A DNA stretch of 64,000 nucleotides from Trichoplax sp. H2 (GCA_003344405.1 NOWV01000022.1:62001-126000); one strand, 5' to 3'. Shown: positions 16,501 through 31,388, counted from the first letter of the stretch. Made by a program: numbers and translations. Notes: generated by a model not told the origin, from the sequence alone.

Positions 16501-17064
16501 ACGTACATTTTACAGTATGCTAATAGTCCACAACATATACATTAGCCTCAGTTATTTTATAATCTCCATATTTTAATTCAGTAAATTCATGTTTTACGTT
16601 TCATATAATTGGTTATAATTTTTTCGTTGTAAAAAGGCATGAATTATAAAAATTTTTTCTAACCTTTTATGATTTAAAAGTTTGAAAAATGTTCATTTAT
16701 TACCGGTATACCTAATTTACTGTGTTTTATTATCCATCGTACTCTGAAATTGAAAAATGAATTATCGAATAACGTTATTACTTCATATCGATTGTAAATT
16801 GACTACACATAGGAGTACATTGCCATCCTAACCTTATGGGGATGGATAATTTAGGATAATGAATTAAATGAGTGTACGACGAACATACGTACTCATTCCC
16901 ATACAGTCGGGGCCTATAACTCTGATCAGGGCTAATGATTTTACTACTTTGAACAATTCTGAAGTACAATTTAAATTTAGTAGAAATCATTTGTACGTTG
17001 CATATGTCGAAAGAGTTGGGGATATTGTTGTTTAGGCGTACACTCAAAAAATGACTTTGGTATA

Positions 17065-17772
17065 CGTACGGGGGGAAACGAAAATACTGTCGTATTTTAT
17101 TCCAATTTTACTTGGGAAGACTAAAATGTTGGTTATACGCACATTATAATTTAGACTGGATGTATAAATTTAAATCCTTATTGAAGCATATAAGGACGAT
17201 ATTAAAATATCCAGACTGGAAATTTTTACTTCTAAACAATACCAATTCATTTTAACAGGAACTGCTCGCATATTGCTTTTTTCTTTCCAAAAATGCTAAC
17301 GTTGTACGATAGTTGTCTTACTGATTGGTAAAAATTTCGATGCATTCATTTAAAAATTGGAAATTTTTCACAAAATGCTATTATAACTATAGTGGTTAAC
17401 TTGAGTGAAATCGATAGTAAATGTGAAACTGCAATTGAGAGCCTACGCGTTAGTAACAGCATTTTTTTTTTTTTGAACATATCAAGATACATTTTATATA
17501 CGCGTATATGGGTCATTTTGCGTTTAAAGCTCTACGCCACTACGCGATCTCAAGTAGTCATGGTAGAGCATATAAATGTATAGATTGTCAAAAGGGCCAC
17601 GAACCTCAGAGGCAACATGGTATAGAGTAGTAACGGTACTGTATGGTAGTATGTACAACAAAGAGGTATACCACCTATGGCATTGTTAGAAACATACCAA
17701 GAGCTCTGGTTTTTGGTTGGCAAGGATCTATTGTGAAATAAAATACGTACAGTAGAGTATTGTACTGTTTCA
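17065..17772. mobile_element. Possible degenerate TA-inserted DNA transposon/MITE remnant (~700 bp)
   Basis: Left end TACGGGGGGAAACGAAAATACTGTCGTATTTTATTCCAA has a degenerate inverted partner TTGTGAAATAAAATACGTACAGTAGAGTATTGTACTGTTTC at ~17731-17771 (11-nt exact core AATAAAATACG). No ORF. Confidence 0.3.
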
Positions 17773-18349
17773 CAACGTTGCACCTGTTCTCCGCGGATCA
17801 TATACCCTCAGTTAGCCAGCGACGGCTTATTCTAGTATCTTACTAGTACTTTCCAATTTCTAAAGTTAACCAATATACAGTTTTATGAATCAGCAATCTG
17901 TGATAAATAACAAATATACTACTAGGGCGTTCAAATTGAGTGATGATTAGTTGTGATTACGTCCCACAAGTTAACACGTCATTAAACCTTTAACGCGTAC
18001 GTTTTTACAATAATGGTATGTACGAAAAAGATCGCACAAGCGCAAACGGTTGGATAGAGGCTTTATGTCAAATTGGAATCTGTATGGTAGTAGTTGAATG
18101 GTAAACTTCTAGGCAATGTTCTACTCGTTTTGGATAATGAATCACTGAAATTTATAATCGTATATGCAGTACAGTAGAAATTTGACAGTGTGTATTTACT
18201 GTTAGCGACATAGCTCTTACATCTATTACTATGGTTAGCAACATTTATTTATGAATGTTTTTAACTTAATTGAAGCGATTTATTATAATTATAATAATAA
18301 TCGTTCGTACGCAATTCCGATCAACTGACGGCAGTAGGCTGCTCTAAAA

Positions 18350-19830
18350 TGTACATGTACTGTATTGGATTATGCAGTGCTGAATACTCGTCAGTGCGCG
18401 TTGTTGCAGGCCTTCTGCTACATCTGTGCCGTACTGCATCTTGGAAAAGGCTCTTTTCAGACGTCGAGTACTGTACTGAAGAAGCCCTAATCTTTGAGTG
18501 AACTGTATGGATAGAAATGGTTGTACTGTACTGTAGAGATAGCAATAAATTTCATTGATACTTTTATTACAATATCTGATACGAAAGTAACATTGCTGTA
18601 CTGTATTAACAAGATATACCATGCTGATTTATCTTGTCTCTCACAGAGTCTCCCAAGAGTCTCCCAACTTTTCATTAGATTGTTAAAATAGAAAAAGAAA
18701 GAAATGAAATGGCAATCTGCCTACCGCAGCTGTACATACAGTACAATGGCGGTGTACAGTACTGGACTGTGGATACGGTATACTGTACTGTACAGTACAG
18801 GTGTTACAGCTCTGTCAACTTCTGTGACTTGTGCCCGAATAAAGCGCGACGTGACGGTATCGGTAGTGGTATCGTACCCAACAGACCGTACAGTACAGTA
18901 TTTCATAAAACTGAGCAGTCTCAAATCTCGACTTCATTCATTGTGAAGGAAACTGTTGCACGGTACGGTACGGGACAGTACGGTACAGTGCTGCTACTGC
19001 ACAGTACATCTTGTACTGTACAGTACTGTGTACTGTACATTGAGTCGAGTTTCTCTTCTGATAGTACTGTACAGTACTGTACCGTCTGTACGCTACAATC
19101 GTTAATGTGCGTACCGTCCGTGGGCACTGTTTGTACAATGTACATAGTTACCAAGGACGTGTGTCATTAAAAAGTCTTTTTATTGCTCACTGTCAGTGAA
19201 GAGTGAATACATTAAAATATATACGCTTTCATTTTTGATTAATATAATCGTACGTATAATCTATTGTACTGGGAATACAAGTCCTGAACCAAAATAAATA
19301 TGGCTGATGGTTGGAAAATTAGAAAAAATATTATTACGGTAATGCTAATTAGAATATTGAATGTTATCATTGAATAACTGACTTGAAACGATATCCAAAT
19401 ACCCATATTGTACTGTATTTTAGTCGATGTTGAACTAGATAGGCGTGCGTTACGGTTGTTAAGTAGGTATACAGTACACTGAGTACAGTAGAAGGGTGTA
19501 GAAGATTCGGATGTCGTCGCATAAATTTTCATAGACAAGAGTCTCTGTCAACTGTAAAGCATGCATTTGTCATAGATCTTTGGATTTTGTAAAGCTGCTA
19601 TCTACAATAGAAAAAGCGCCATATGATATTGCCTTATGACTGTCTTATCGTTCCGTTGATTTCTTTTACTTTTTACTTTTTTATTGTGCTGGATATTTTG
19701 GGATATTTTTACTATCCGGGGATTCAACAAACGTGGACTAGTAAGGTTGTACTGTACCATACTGTACAGTACACTTATACAGTGTACTATACATACTACT
19801 GTACACTGTACACTGTACACTGTACAGGAC
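18350..19830. repeat. Orphan cluster of TACAG/TACTG/TACGG mosaic units, not adjacent to any recognised gene
   Basis: e.g. GGTATACTGTACTGTACAGTACAG at 18777, CGGTACGGTACGGGACAGTACGGTACAG at 18961, GTACTGTACAGTACTGTGTACTGTAC at 19013, (TGTACAC)3 at 19800. Confidence 0.85.
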
Positions 19831-22800
19831 AGTATTCTCACAGGGCTGTAGTAAAGAGAGACACAATAGAAATTCTATAGTATTGCTGCTATTTTTGCAT
19901 CTACAAGTCAAAAGTGAAACGGCTTGATTTTTTTGTTGTTCAAGTTGGATACTTTTCCGATATTGTTTTAACTATAAGTACAGTATAAGAAAGCAGTGAA
20001 CTCTACCGACTTGATGGAGATCGATGGATCCTTTTTTGTTATAAATGCTAGTCATAATTTTTAAATCCACCTTTAATTTTGAGAAGATACTGTACTTGTA
20101 CGGGCTAATCGAAGGTTCTCCGACTTGACTGACTACAATATGCGTAAATGCTGCTCTGACACTATCTTCATAGGCATTATATAGTGATGAATTAGACGCG
20201 TGCCGTACTGTACAGTGTACAGTATACTACCGTAGCGATTGAACGCGAAGTATTCAATTTACTACGATTTTATCATTCTCAAAATCTTTTGCCTTAGGCG
20301 GTCGTACAGTATGTATACCTTGATTTTCTCCAAAAGCAAATAGCTTCCAACGATAAACGTATGATTGTAAAGCTTCTACTGGATAGTATAACTGCCATGT
20401 TGAATGTGATCGCGATTTGTACTTTTCACAGGCGTGCTATTGTACACTACTCTTATGGACGCGTACTACGCAGTAATAAACTGTTAATAATTATTGAAGA
20501 TTTTACTGATGGTGTGATGCAAATACTTCATAATTCTTTTATACACCCTAAAATAGGACAACTGTTCTGCATTTTTATCTAGCCATAGGTTGCTGAATTT
20601 TGTCAGTACAATCATGATATGAGAATACCTATAGACTATACTGACTAAGAATTGCCAATACAGTACTGAAGATACATGACTAGTAATATAGTACAATGCC
20701 TAAAAGATGCATCTTAGAGCAGCTAGGTTTCGTAATACCCATCGTAAAACCACTACAATCAAGTTACAATTCACTCACATAACTTACAAACTAGTAGTAT
20801 TTCCTTCTACTACTATACGACGTGATCCGATACATGGGATATCAAAATTTTTGCATCAATTTGTACAAAATGTATCGCAAATGCATGGTTTGAATATGTA
20901 TTGGTCTTTGTTAAGCGTTTTACTTATAGTTTTTACTATTCAATCATATCGAAGAAAACGGATCACATTGTAGTATATAATACTGTACAGATACTGTACT
21001 AACTACTACACTGTCTACACAACATGCAATATTAAATTTGTATCAATATGTATATATACCAACAACGTACTGGAGATGTACTCTGCTTTAGAAATGAAAT
21101 TTCGGACGACTACGTGTAGATTTTCACTTTTTATTGCCTTTTTCATCCAAGCTCCACCATTAAATATCGCTAGCAATATATTCGTAAAAGTACTCGTATA
21201 CTGTACTATCGTACAATACTGTATGCTATACCTGTATAGTACAGGTATACTCTTATATATAGTACTGTACATGTACAATATATAGTTTACTTTATCAAAG
21301 TATCAAGAAATGACCCGTTTACCGGATAAGACTACGACTAGGAAATCCTTATATTTCTAGGATTTCTCTCACACACTAGTTTACGTGATAGACAGACACT
21401 TATGACATTTGTGGTTTTCTTTTTTGTCCAGTTTATAGCGTCATTACTTTTCTTCTTCTATGCTAAGGTAGTGTTACCAAGAAAATGATCTTACGATATC
21501 AAAGTTGATCGATGATTAATTAAAAAAAGACCAATAATTTTATTCGACTTCGGTGCTGAGTTATTTACTTATCGTATGTAATTTTCAATCATCCTTTTAA
21601 GAGATGAGTATTTCGCAAAAGTTGAGCCTAAAAAAGGATTACCGATATACGTTTTTTTCACTGAACAGCTGTCTGGACTGATGCCAACTTTATTTAATCA
21701 GAAGCAGTCGATTACTAAAACGGCGTAAAAACCGATGCATTTTATGTATTGCTTTGTGTCTAACGTAAATTGAAGGGTCAGAAAGAATTGATTCTAGCTA
21801 GTCTTTTTTCGATAATAATTGCACTGGTTGTAATTATAAGCAGTTATCTTATTTTATTGCAAATTCAATGTTATAAGATTGCCTGTCGCCTTTGGATTAT
21901 GCTATTCTTTATCAATTTGAATATTAAAAAATATAATAACGCCAACTTTAATACGATAATTATAGAGGGAAATGTAGTATTAATAGTATTGTATATATCT
22001 ACATTTTTAAAACATGCCTTGTCATCCGTCTTAGGAGAATAATGGTGCTGCACATTTTTTTATTTTAAACTCTCTTCAGTTTAAATGCCACGTTGACTCT
22101 TTAGTATCAAACAATAGACCGTATTACAGTATAATCGTTATATTCGAGAGAAACGTGATATATTTTTCTTAGACTGCTATGTGATGGAATCGCTTAAAAT
22201 AGACATACACATAAGGTAGCAGTACAAGCTATTCGTATTATTTAACAAATATTAAGTTATGCCTTTTTTGCCATATTTTGTGGTTGTTGAATAATGATCA
22301 AGTTGTATAATATGGGTTGGATGCCCTATCGCAATATATACGGTATTTCCCTTGATATATTATATTATATGTAGTATACGCATAAGATTTGCCTTTTTTG
22401 TCTTTCGCTTATAATTTATTACTTCCCACTCCTTCATCGTCAATTAATTCAAATTAATAGTAATTCAAGTGTGAAAAAGATCGCTGATTGGAAGATATCT
22501 CGAGGGAGAAAATGAAAGTAAAACGAGTGCCGATTGTCTCAATCTTTAAACAATTTAACTGTCGAGGTCTGCATATGAAGGAAGTTAATATAGAGGTGTA
22601 ACGTAAACATCGAGTTTGTAGGGGAAAAGGATATACCCGTATTTAATATGACCTTATTTTATCGGAAAGGAGGGAGGATTTATTATATGGCATTGAAATA
22701 GTACAAATAGACGTTCTATTGGATGTTAAGCTCTACATACCAGCTGTTCGAACAAAATTGTCTAATTGATTAGGCCTCTTACCACTATACAGTATATAAC

Positions 22801-25800
22801 ATGACAAATAAGATCTATTTTAGCAGATCTAGTGCTGCAGTTGTACCCTCTGACTTAAATGAAAAAGAGAAACGATATTCCCTTTGAGGGTAAAGATACT
22901 TTATCTTTTTCTTAATTGTAAACCTAGTCTACTTTAGGCTATTAAACAGTTATTACTAACTGGCCATTAAAATGAGCGGACATTAATAACTAGTTAAGTC
23001 AGGAGTTCATTTTTAACTTGAATTTTTACTCGTCGTCTTCTCTGTGATGGGTCCTTCTCTCACAGTTGTATGGCATTGTTCGGACTAAAATTTTTATACG
23101 GTACGGAAATCATTGAATGAATGATAAAAGTACCTATTTTCTGATAATATTATGATTGTTGTGCGATCAAAGATCAAAATTTATTCCAGTCAAATCACTC
23201 TTGTAAGAGGAATTTTTTCGATCGTTAGTTGGGTTGATTTAATTATATGTGCAAAGAGGAATTAATATGTCATTTTTCTTATCCAAGGACTTTAAATTGA
23301 TATAATTGTAGACAGTTGTAATCTTGATATAATATTATCCTGATGGGAAATCTGTTGGTCTTAGAAGTGATTGATGAAGCTGTAAGTGCGTATCTGATAA
23401 AGTATCACGAAGCGAGTAATGTAGCATTAAAAATAGCTTTGATGAGGCAAAGGTTTAATTTTTGATAGTAGATTCTCTAAGAGTCCGTATAATCAGGTAT
23501 CCACCGGGTGTGTACATATATGTTATAAAGAACTACGTACTTGGAGATATGCTAGAGAATTTTCTACTGACAATGATAATTCCACACCATTTTTATCTGT
23601 TGACCTCTTTTTCTTGACTTATTCATTTCGACATTTTATGAATATCGAAATACCTGCTTATATATTTGTACATTTGTATTCGTATGTATGTTTAGTTATT
23701 AGATCGGTTTAATTATGAATTTTTTTACTTATCGATTCTTCTCGATACCATTTTTCGACTTTTTAAACAATCCAGATTAGAGAAGATGTAAAAAGATGAT
23801 AAAAATTTATTATTTCTATGTCATACAGATTTAAATTAAAAGCACCGTATGAGAAAGTAAACAATGCAGACGATATTAGGCCAAGAATACGTATACAAAT
23901 GTTATGCGCCTAGACATTGACAAACAATTTCATTGTCTATCTTTCACTCTCTTACATGGTAGTAGAGATACTGCAGACACTGACATTAATCAAATCGTAT
24001 ATAAAGCAATACCAAAAAAGAATTGCTTTTAGCATTCAGATTCAGATTTGTGTATATAATATGGGATAATGCACTATACATATACTTTTAAAGCACAACT
24101 AATATTGCATTATACTACAGTATATATAGGCGGTTTATCGAAACTGTGTACAGTACGTAGTATACAGCACTGTAGCATGAACTACAGTACAGTTGATGAA
24201 TATTAAAAAAATAAACGAAAATGTGTTGCCAAGGCAATCGAAAATACCAATACAATAACACTCCATATCTTCGATTTTAGTAGGGAAAGGAGTGCTTTAC
24301 AATATTCTCTTGTAATCATTTTTATTGTATTTCAAGTACAGTATAGGAGAAAAAGGTCTACAGAATTTTTCTTACTTTTTCTCTCTCGATCGTCGCTTTA
24401 TAGTATTATCTATCAGTTTATTAGTGACATATTTTATGATCGGCTAACTTACTAGTTGTTGAATTAAATTGGAGGTTATGGATATCAACAAATTTTATTT
24501 TTTTATTATCTCCCATTTCATCCATCATCAAGATAGAAACTGATTAAAAAATATACCAAGTCCTCACTGACCTTTTTATCTTGGCATGGTCCTAAGTCAT
24601 TCAACCATTTCGTTTGACAACGGTAAAAATTTTTTGCAATATTATCTTAAACACTACCAATACTGTAACTAATTAGGTAAAATTAGGCCACCACATTGAA
24701 TATTTTTCGAAACCGTAAAGAAGTTTATCCCATTTTTGGAAATTCTTGAGTTTTTTGTGCTAGATTTTGGTATATTGTTCTTGTAGTGTGCCTTTTGTCA
24801 AATTTTATTTTATACGTGTTTTTTTTCCTTTTAGCTATTTTCATTAAAAAAAATTTGATGATAAGAAAAACAAAAAATTAACGTCGATACGACCAAGGCA
24901 AATATAAATTCATTTTCTGCCATGTAAAAGGAGCAGAAAGTGTATGCTTTGCATCCCTTAGTCCTGTTAAATTTTATATATTTTTACATTACAATCCTAC
25001 GGCTATGATTTTACTTTAGCTGGCTTTTTCTTTCGTTTCTAACACATAAATACTGCTATTTATTCATTTCGCCTTATCCTTGCTGCAATTTTTAGAATAG
25101 TTCTTTACGATCACGAATGAAATTCGTTCAATTTTACTAGAATTTCAGTAATGTGCTATACGTATTCTATTTTTCTCTTTCATCATTACTCCTTACAGCT
25201 ATTTCTTACTGTATTGCTATTCATATTTGACATCATTTTTCGTTATTGTTGTGCAGTCTAGGATAGTAGCAAAAGTATTTTAATTTTTTATTAGATAAAG
25301 ATCTCAAGAAACATTTTATATTCCATTAATATCTTTAAGCGTATTTCAATCGATATCGATCTAAAAACGATGACGATAATCGACAATCATAACGATGATA
25401 ATTTACTATTCGTGATTAATTTCTTTATTATCCATAAATTTAATGTTTAGCGTTAACTTTTACTAACTTATATATTCTCTTAATCCTTGTTAAAAAAAAG
25501 AAAAAATAACGGCACAATTAAGTCTATTAATGATAAAAAACAATGACGTTTTTAAATTATCAAATTAGATAACACGAATATTATTTTTTGACATTAATGT
25601 TCGATCGGTTTAAAAGGAAAGATATTCATATGAGATACAACCAAATCGAAAGGACTGTTTAATATTTATACGGACAATTATTGAATCACCTAAATAAGAA
25701 ATATTTGCCTGCATTGCCAATGTATTGTTAGTCATTTTTCAGTAATTATCATGTTTTTTTATGTCAATTCGACTTATTACCGCTTGTCTTATTACTTTAC

Positions 25801-26672
25801 GTATTTATGTAGAATTTATAACAAAAAACAGGCACGTTAATATTTTAAGATATTGCTATTGACTTAGATAAAAATGTTACGTATAGATGAGTATTCCCTC
25901 TGTAAGGAAAAGGGCAGTTATTTATGTGTGTATATGTAATATATATCAAAATTTCTTGATATTCCGCTGAAAAAGAATTGCGGATAATATTATTAATTTC
26001 GGCTATGAACGTATTAACATTGATTATATAGTTAACTTAGCCAGTCGTAGACTTAACAACACAATCATAATTGACATTTTTTTACATCTTGTTTTATCAT
26101 GATCTTCCTCACAACAAGTTAAATAGAACATTGATGTTATTATAAAAAAATTAATCTTAAGGAAAGTGGGTGTAATAGCACTTCGAATCAGACATTTCGT
26201 CATAATTTTTGACTGATTTATGAAATGCAGTACCTGTAATTGTAATTTTCTTGATATCGTAAATTAAGTTATATCGATTAGACATTCAGTTCTGTGCTGT
26301 AGTAGAGAATTAATAGAGCTAATTTCGAATTTGTGATGTTAAGTTATACGATAAATGAATAAAACTTAAGGTGATTTTCTTTTAAGATATGATATGTACC
26401 GTGCTGTAGCTCATAAGTATTTCAATCAAAAATTAAATAGGCATATTTAAATTTCACGTAAAAATTTTATTTCTTATTCTGTTATGATTTAAAAGATCTG
26501 TAGCTCTATATTGCGATACTAACGTTCGCTTTCTATTCATTTAAATTAAGCTTTCTTGTTCTTGAATAAGCTTACGATGTAAAATTTTTAAATTTTATTA
26601 TAAGTTCCTGATTGACTAATCGTTAAACTTTATTTTTTATCCTTATGTGATCCAACTTTGTCGGCGTTGCTT

Positions 26673-29600
26673 ATGGATTGGCATAAAATAGTAAATTATC
26701 TCCTACTTCATTTTACTATGTCAGTTGTTACTGCACCGGGTGGAGATGGGCATAATAGCCCGAAAGTGAAACGATGCAATAATTTTTTATGCTGCTGTGT
26801 AGTGTAAGTAATCAATATTTATATGAAATCATATAATCTTACAAATTATCATTTCAGCGGTTGTACTCTTTGTATAGAACTTCTGTGAGTTATCATGCTA
26901 GATTAGCCTTGATTATCATGTCGGGATAGATTAGATTTTAAACAAACAATTTCAGAAAGACAGTTTTCTTAAAAGTAGAAGCAAGTAAAATATGCATTAC
27001 GCTATGACAAATATAGAGATGACACTTTGCAATTCAGTACGATTTTGTTTTATAGCACAACGCGTAAGCTCTTAGAACTCCAACAAAAATTTTAATATTA
27101 ACTTCCTTTCTTTTAACTTTCCATTGCTGTCTTTTTATAGGACTAGTAGAGTAACAATTGCATTTGCATGATGGTATAATTAAAATGATCTTTCTAACCA
27201 AAAAATTTTATCTATAACTGAATTAATGATATAACAACATTACATTTCCAAAGTCCTTTTTATCTATTCTTATGATGAAGTTTACTTTCTTAAAATCAAC
27301 TTTTGATATCTAATAGGTATATAATTTGAAATTTATATGAGATTGCCATATAGCTTACGAAAGGAGTCAATTAGTTATTATATAAGATAATCTAGTAGGC
27401 TATGATAGATAAATAGAGAATGATAGTATTAAGATTAGATAGCAGCTTTACTGTATGAATAGACAATATTTTAGATGTTATAATGGTAATTCTAATACTT
27501 GATTACTTTATAATATCAGATTCTTAACTACTAGATGGGTAGAGATGAGATTACTTATCGATTTTTTCTAGGACGTTATAATTTATTCGATCGTATATAT
27601 AATTATTGACAGAAAGGGCGATTGAATCACTTCTTTGACGATTCTGGAGCTATGTTCATACGCTACGTTATTATAAAAGTTTCTTAGTTCACTTTCTATT
27701 AAATATAGTTAAACCCTTTCGTTGTCCCATATCTTTTAGAAAAGGCAAATTATACAAGCTTTTATATTTTTATTCGAACTTCCAGCCGTTACCAAGGCAA
27801 CCTGTCGTACATTTATCGATTTTCAAATCACAATATTAATTGATGCTACATTATGATGTGATATCTGTTAATTACTATAAAACTTATATTTAATTTTCTT
27901 GCCTATTTAGTACTCATAACTATAAAATGTAGTTGTTATAAATAGTTAACGTTACCCTATTTTGTCGTCTATGCACAATAAAATTTAATACAAGCAATTT
28001 ACATAACTAATTCATAGTTAACAATAAAAGACACCTATCTTTTAGTTGGGATTGTAGTGTATGAGTTTACTCGTGTTACTTCAGATTACTCCCCTGCCAG
28101 TTATATTTTCGTATCTATTGCTAAATTAATTACCATGTCGTTTAATTATTGCTTTTAAAATCTACCATTCTGACATTCATGTACGTGCTAACGAAGTACT
28201 TTTATATTTCATTAGTGATACATATCAAGTAATGTATTGAATACTTCGATTAGATATTTGCTCTAATAAGATGAAGGATAGTAGGATACATACCAATTAA
28301 AAAAATCTCTATTCAGCTAGCAATTACAATATATGTGCAACAATATTAGACTTATCGTCAGTCTTAAAATACTTCATGTATTAGTAATAGTAACGATTAT
28401 TTAACAGGATTCATTGTAATTAGTAGTAAATAAATTTTACTTCATAGATCTTGTTACTTTTGACTTATAAAATATTTAAATTATTTTCTTTACGGATGTT
28501 TTGATAGCTCTGATGATCCTACTCCCACACCACCTTCTCCAATTCCAGAAGTACCTAGGTAAAGAATGTTTATTTGCTGCGTGTGTATCATATATTACAA
28601 ATATATTATAGATTTGGCTAACCCTGCAATCAATATTTCAGTTAATATGGGGTGGCATAAAGTAAAGAGTTAGAGCTTTTGATAAGATTCTCAAAATATA
28701 TAGTAATGTTGAATGGACGTGAATGGTCACCGTTGATTAGAGTAGAAGTGCTAGAATCACCAAATTTCATATAATTGAGAATATTTCACCGCTAGTACTT
28801 GTTACTAGCAACAGTAATGACTCTTTTCAAATCTTGTTATTATCAGACCTACTCCTCTTGACGTAGAAAGCTGGAAAATATCATTTGATAGGTTGTTACA
28901 TTGTGCAGGTAAGACAATGATAAGCATTAAGTGAATCTGTTATTTAGAAGTACTTTATGATATTTTTGCTCACAATCGATTAAAATGTACTAAAGAAAAT
29001 GTCCTTTTCAAAATTTCTAATTCTACCATTAATTTGATAGCATCAGGCAGTTTATCTACTTTTACCACAAATATGTCAAATAAGATCAAGTTAATAATAA
29101 AAATGTATTATCGTTCTTTTTTCATACAGCTGGAATAAAGCATTTTCAAGAATTTTTAAAATCTGAATATAGTGAAGAAAATCTGTTGTTTTGGCTGGCC
29201 TGTGAAGATCTTAAAGAGGCATCAGAAAATGATATACACTATAAGACTAAAATAATTTATGATAAATTTATTTCAACATCTTCACCAAGCGAGGTAAATT
29301 GAGTGTACTTGTACTAATTATTTCTCAATTTATTTAGTGAGATACGATTAAGATGAGCTTTAGGATTTTTTTGATTAAAACTACACTTGTATTTTACCTC
29401 AAATTAATATAACCATTAATATAAATGCACGTACTCTTATTTCACTACTCAAGAGATTGCATAATGATTTATAGCTTGCTAGAGCATATATTGAAGTTAG
29501 ACATATTGATCTAATAAGTTGAGGCATTCAATCTTATTTCATTATTTGGTGCGATATAGGTAAGCTTAGATGGTCGTATGAGAGATGAAGTAATTAAGAA

Positions 29601-29721
29601 TTTAATAGAGCCTGACAAGAATATCTATGATGAAGCACAGAGACATGTATATATGCTAATGAGATACGATTGCTATCCAAGATTTATGAAGTACATTACT
29701 CAAAAATTCATCAAAGCATAA
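26673..29721 (+). CDS. Regulator of G-protein signalling, RZ subfamily (RGS17/19/20-like)
   Basis: Exons ~26673(or 26725)-26803 (KRCNNFLCCCV, cysteine string), 28508-28558, 28847-28908 (PTPLDVESWKISFDRLL), 29130-29293 (FQEFLKSEYSEENLLFWLACEDLK...SPSE), 29560-29721 (VSLDGRMRDEV...DCYPRF...*). EVSLD (Ser instead of RGS4 Asn128) plus a Cys string are RZ-family hallmarks. Start codon uncertain; a phase-compatible candidate first exon is 25874-25901 (MLRIDEYSL|gtaagg). Confidence 0.92.
27788..27801. promoter_or_regulatory. RFX X-box-like element in an RGS intron
   Basis: GTTACCAAGGCAAC fits GTNRCC-N2-RGYAAC. Near-copies GTTGCCAAGGCAAT at 24225 and GTTACTAGCAAC at 28801. Confidence 0.4.
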
Positions 29722-31388
29722 GTACAATAACTCTAATTAAAATTTTCCAAAGATTGACGAAGGTAACCTATGCTCACCAGATTTACAAGCGATTAACAAA
29801 TTTTTAAGATAATATAGCAATCCAGAAGGACAATAACAAGGATAATAATAATAAGAAATTACTATACCGAATAAAAGCGATGCTAAATATCCCGTTGCTG
29901 TTGAGTGTTATGAAAATTATATCCGGCTTTTTATCACGGTCTATCATTTTAGTTATTAAATCAAGGAAGAAATCTGCGTTTATAGAAGAAAATTAAGTTC
30001 TATGCGTAATATGATTAAGTTAACTTAATTATTCAGTTTTTGCACCTAGCTTAATTTAATAGCTGTTGATCCAAAATAGTATATATATACATATATATGT
30101 ACATATTGAAAGTATGAAATAACAAGCTTGCACTAAAGTCTTCGAATTACGGTGATTGTATCAAGCAGCAATTATATTATTGAGATGCGATGAATGATTT
30201 TGAATTTAGTAGTTTGATTCTATTGATAAAACCTATCTCATTTCTTATTCTAAATCGCGTAATTTAAACGTTATTCTTAGTTATAATAGTACCGCACTGC
30301 GTAAACTTGGTTAATAATATGTTGTAAGAGCGTTCGCTTTCTAAAGGGCGATCATAAAGGTCTTTCATTTGTATTTTTATCACTTATTACTTGCTCATAA
30401 TAACGAATCTTACAGATCTTCTACTAAATGTAATATAACTAAAATTATCTTGTTATGATCCACGAGCGCCAGTATGTGCTTATGTGCGCGTATATTGGTT
30501 ATCTATAGACTTAATGTTTTATGCGCGTTATGTGATAGTCTTTTAAGTTTATGGTGTTATCTATGAAGATTTGTACAGTACGATTAGATGAATGTGTTAC
30601 TATTTTGCATTCTTCCAAAACACAGTATTTGCTTGATTCGTTTATAATGTACTGTATGGTTTGTGCTACTTTTAAAATTGCTGTATTATAATAATATCAG
30701 ATAGTGTGATCATAACTAAAGAGTTAATCCGTAATAATAGTATGATATACAATATAATGAGAAATAGATATGTATTTACTGTACAAAAATCTCTGTAGAT
30801 TTGTATTGCGATGTTATTACAAATGCGTACCGCATATGAATATATATGTATATATATGTATAGATGATATATACGTTCTCTCTATATACAGTATAAACAC
30901 ATATACACTTATACATATTTATAATTATCGGTATCATTCAAATAAGGTAGAGTTTCATGTTGTAGACAGCACCGAGGTTACAATTTACGTAAGAGTATGA
31001 ACATGTTTTTATTATATCCTTAAAGATGTAATAATATTGTCTAATAGTATAAAGAAAAGCTTTAGTGTACAGTATAAACATTCAATGGTTTGCGAATAAC
31101 AAAGAAATATCAAACAGCAACAGTTTTAGTATATTAAAAAATTTTGACTTTCGATTAACTTATACTTGTATGCTATGACAAAAATGTTATGTTAGATCTT
31201 GGATACTGAAATTAATGATATAATACTATCCAACTATTTGAATTATAATTTACACAGTTCATGTGCTATATAGAAGAAAAGAAATTAACCTGTTTTTTGT
31301 TTTTGTTTGATTACTTGCTCACATCACCTGTTATTGTGTGTTTACATGCATAAGTATGCGCCGTATATTACATGTAAAATATGCGTAC

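Noticed and set aside
16778..17047. 89-aa minus-strand ORF with an overlapping 55-aa plus-strand ORF
   Set aside because: The minus ORF has a TTG start, there are no family motifs, and no convincing splice partners.
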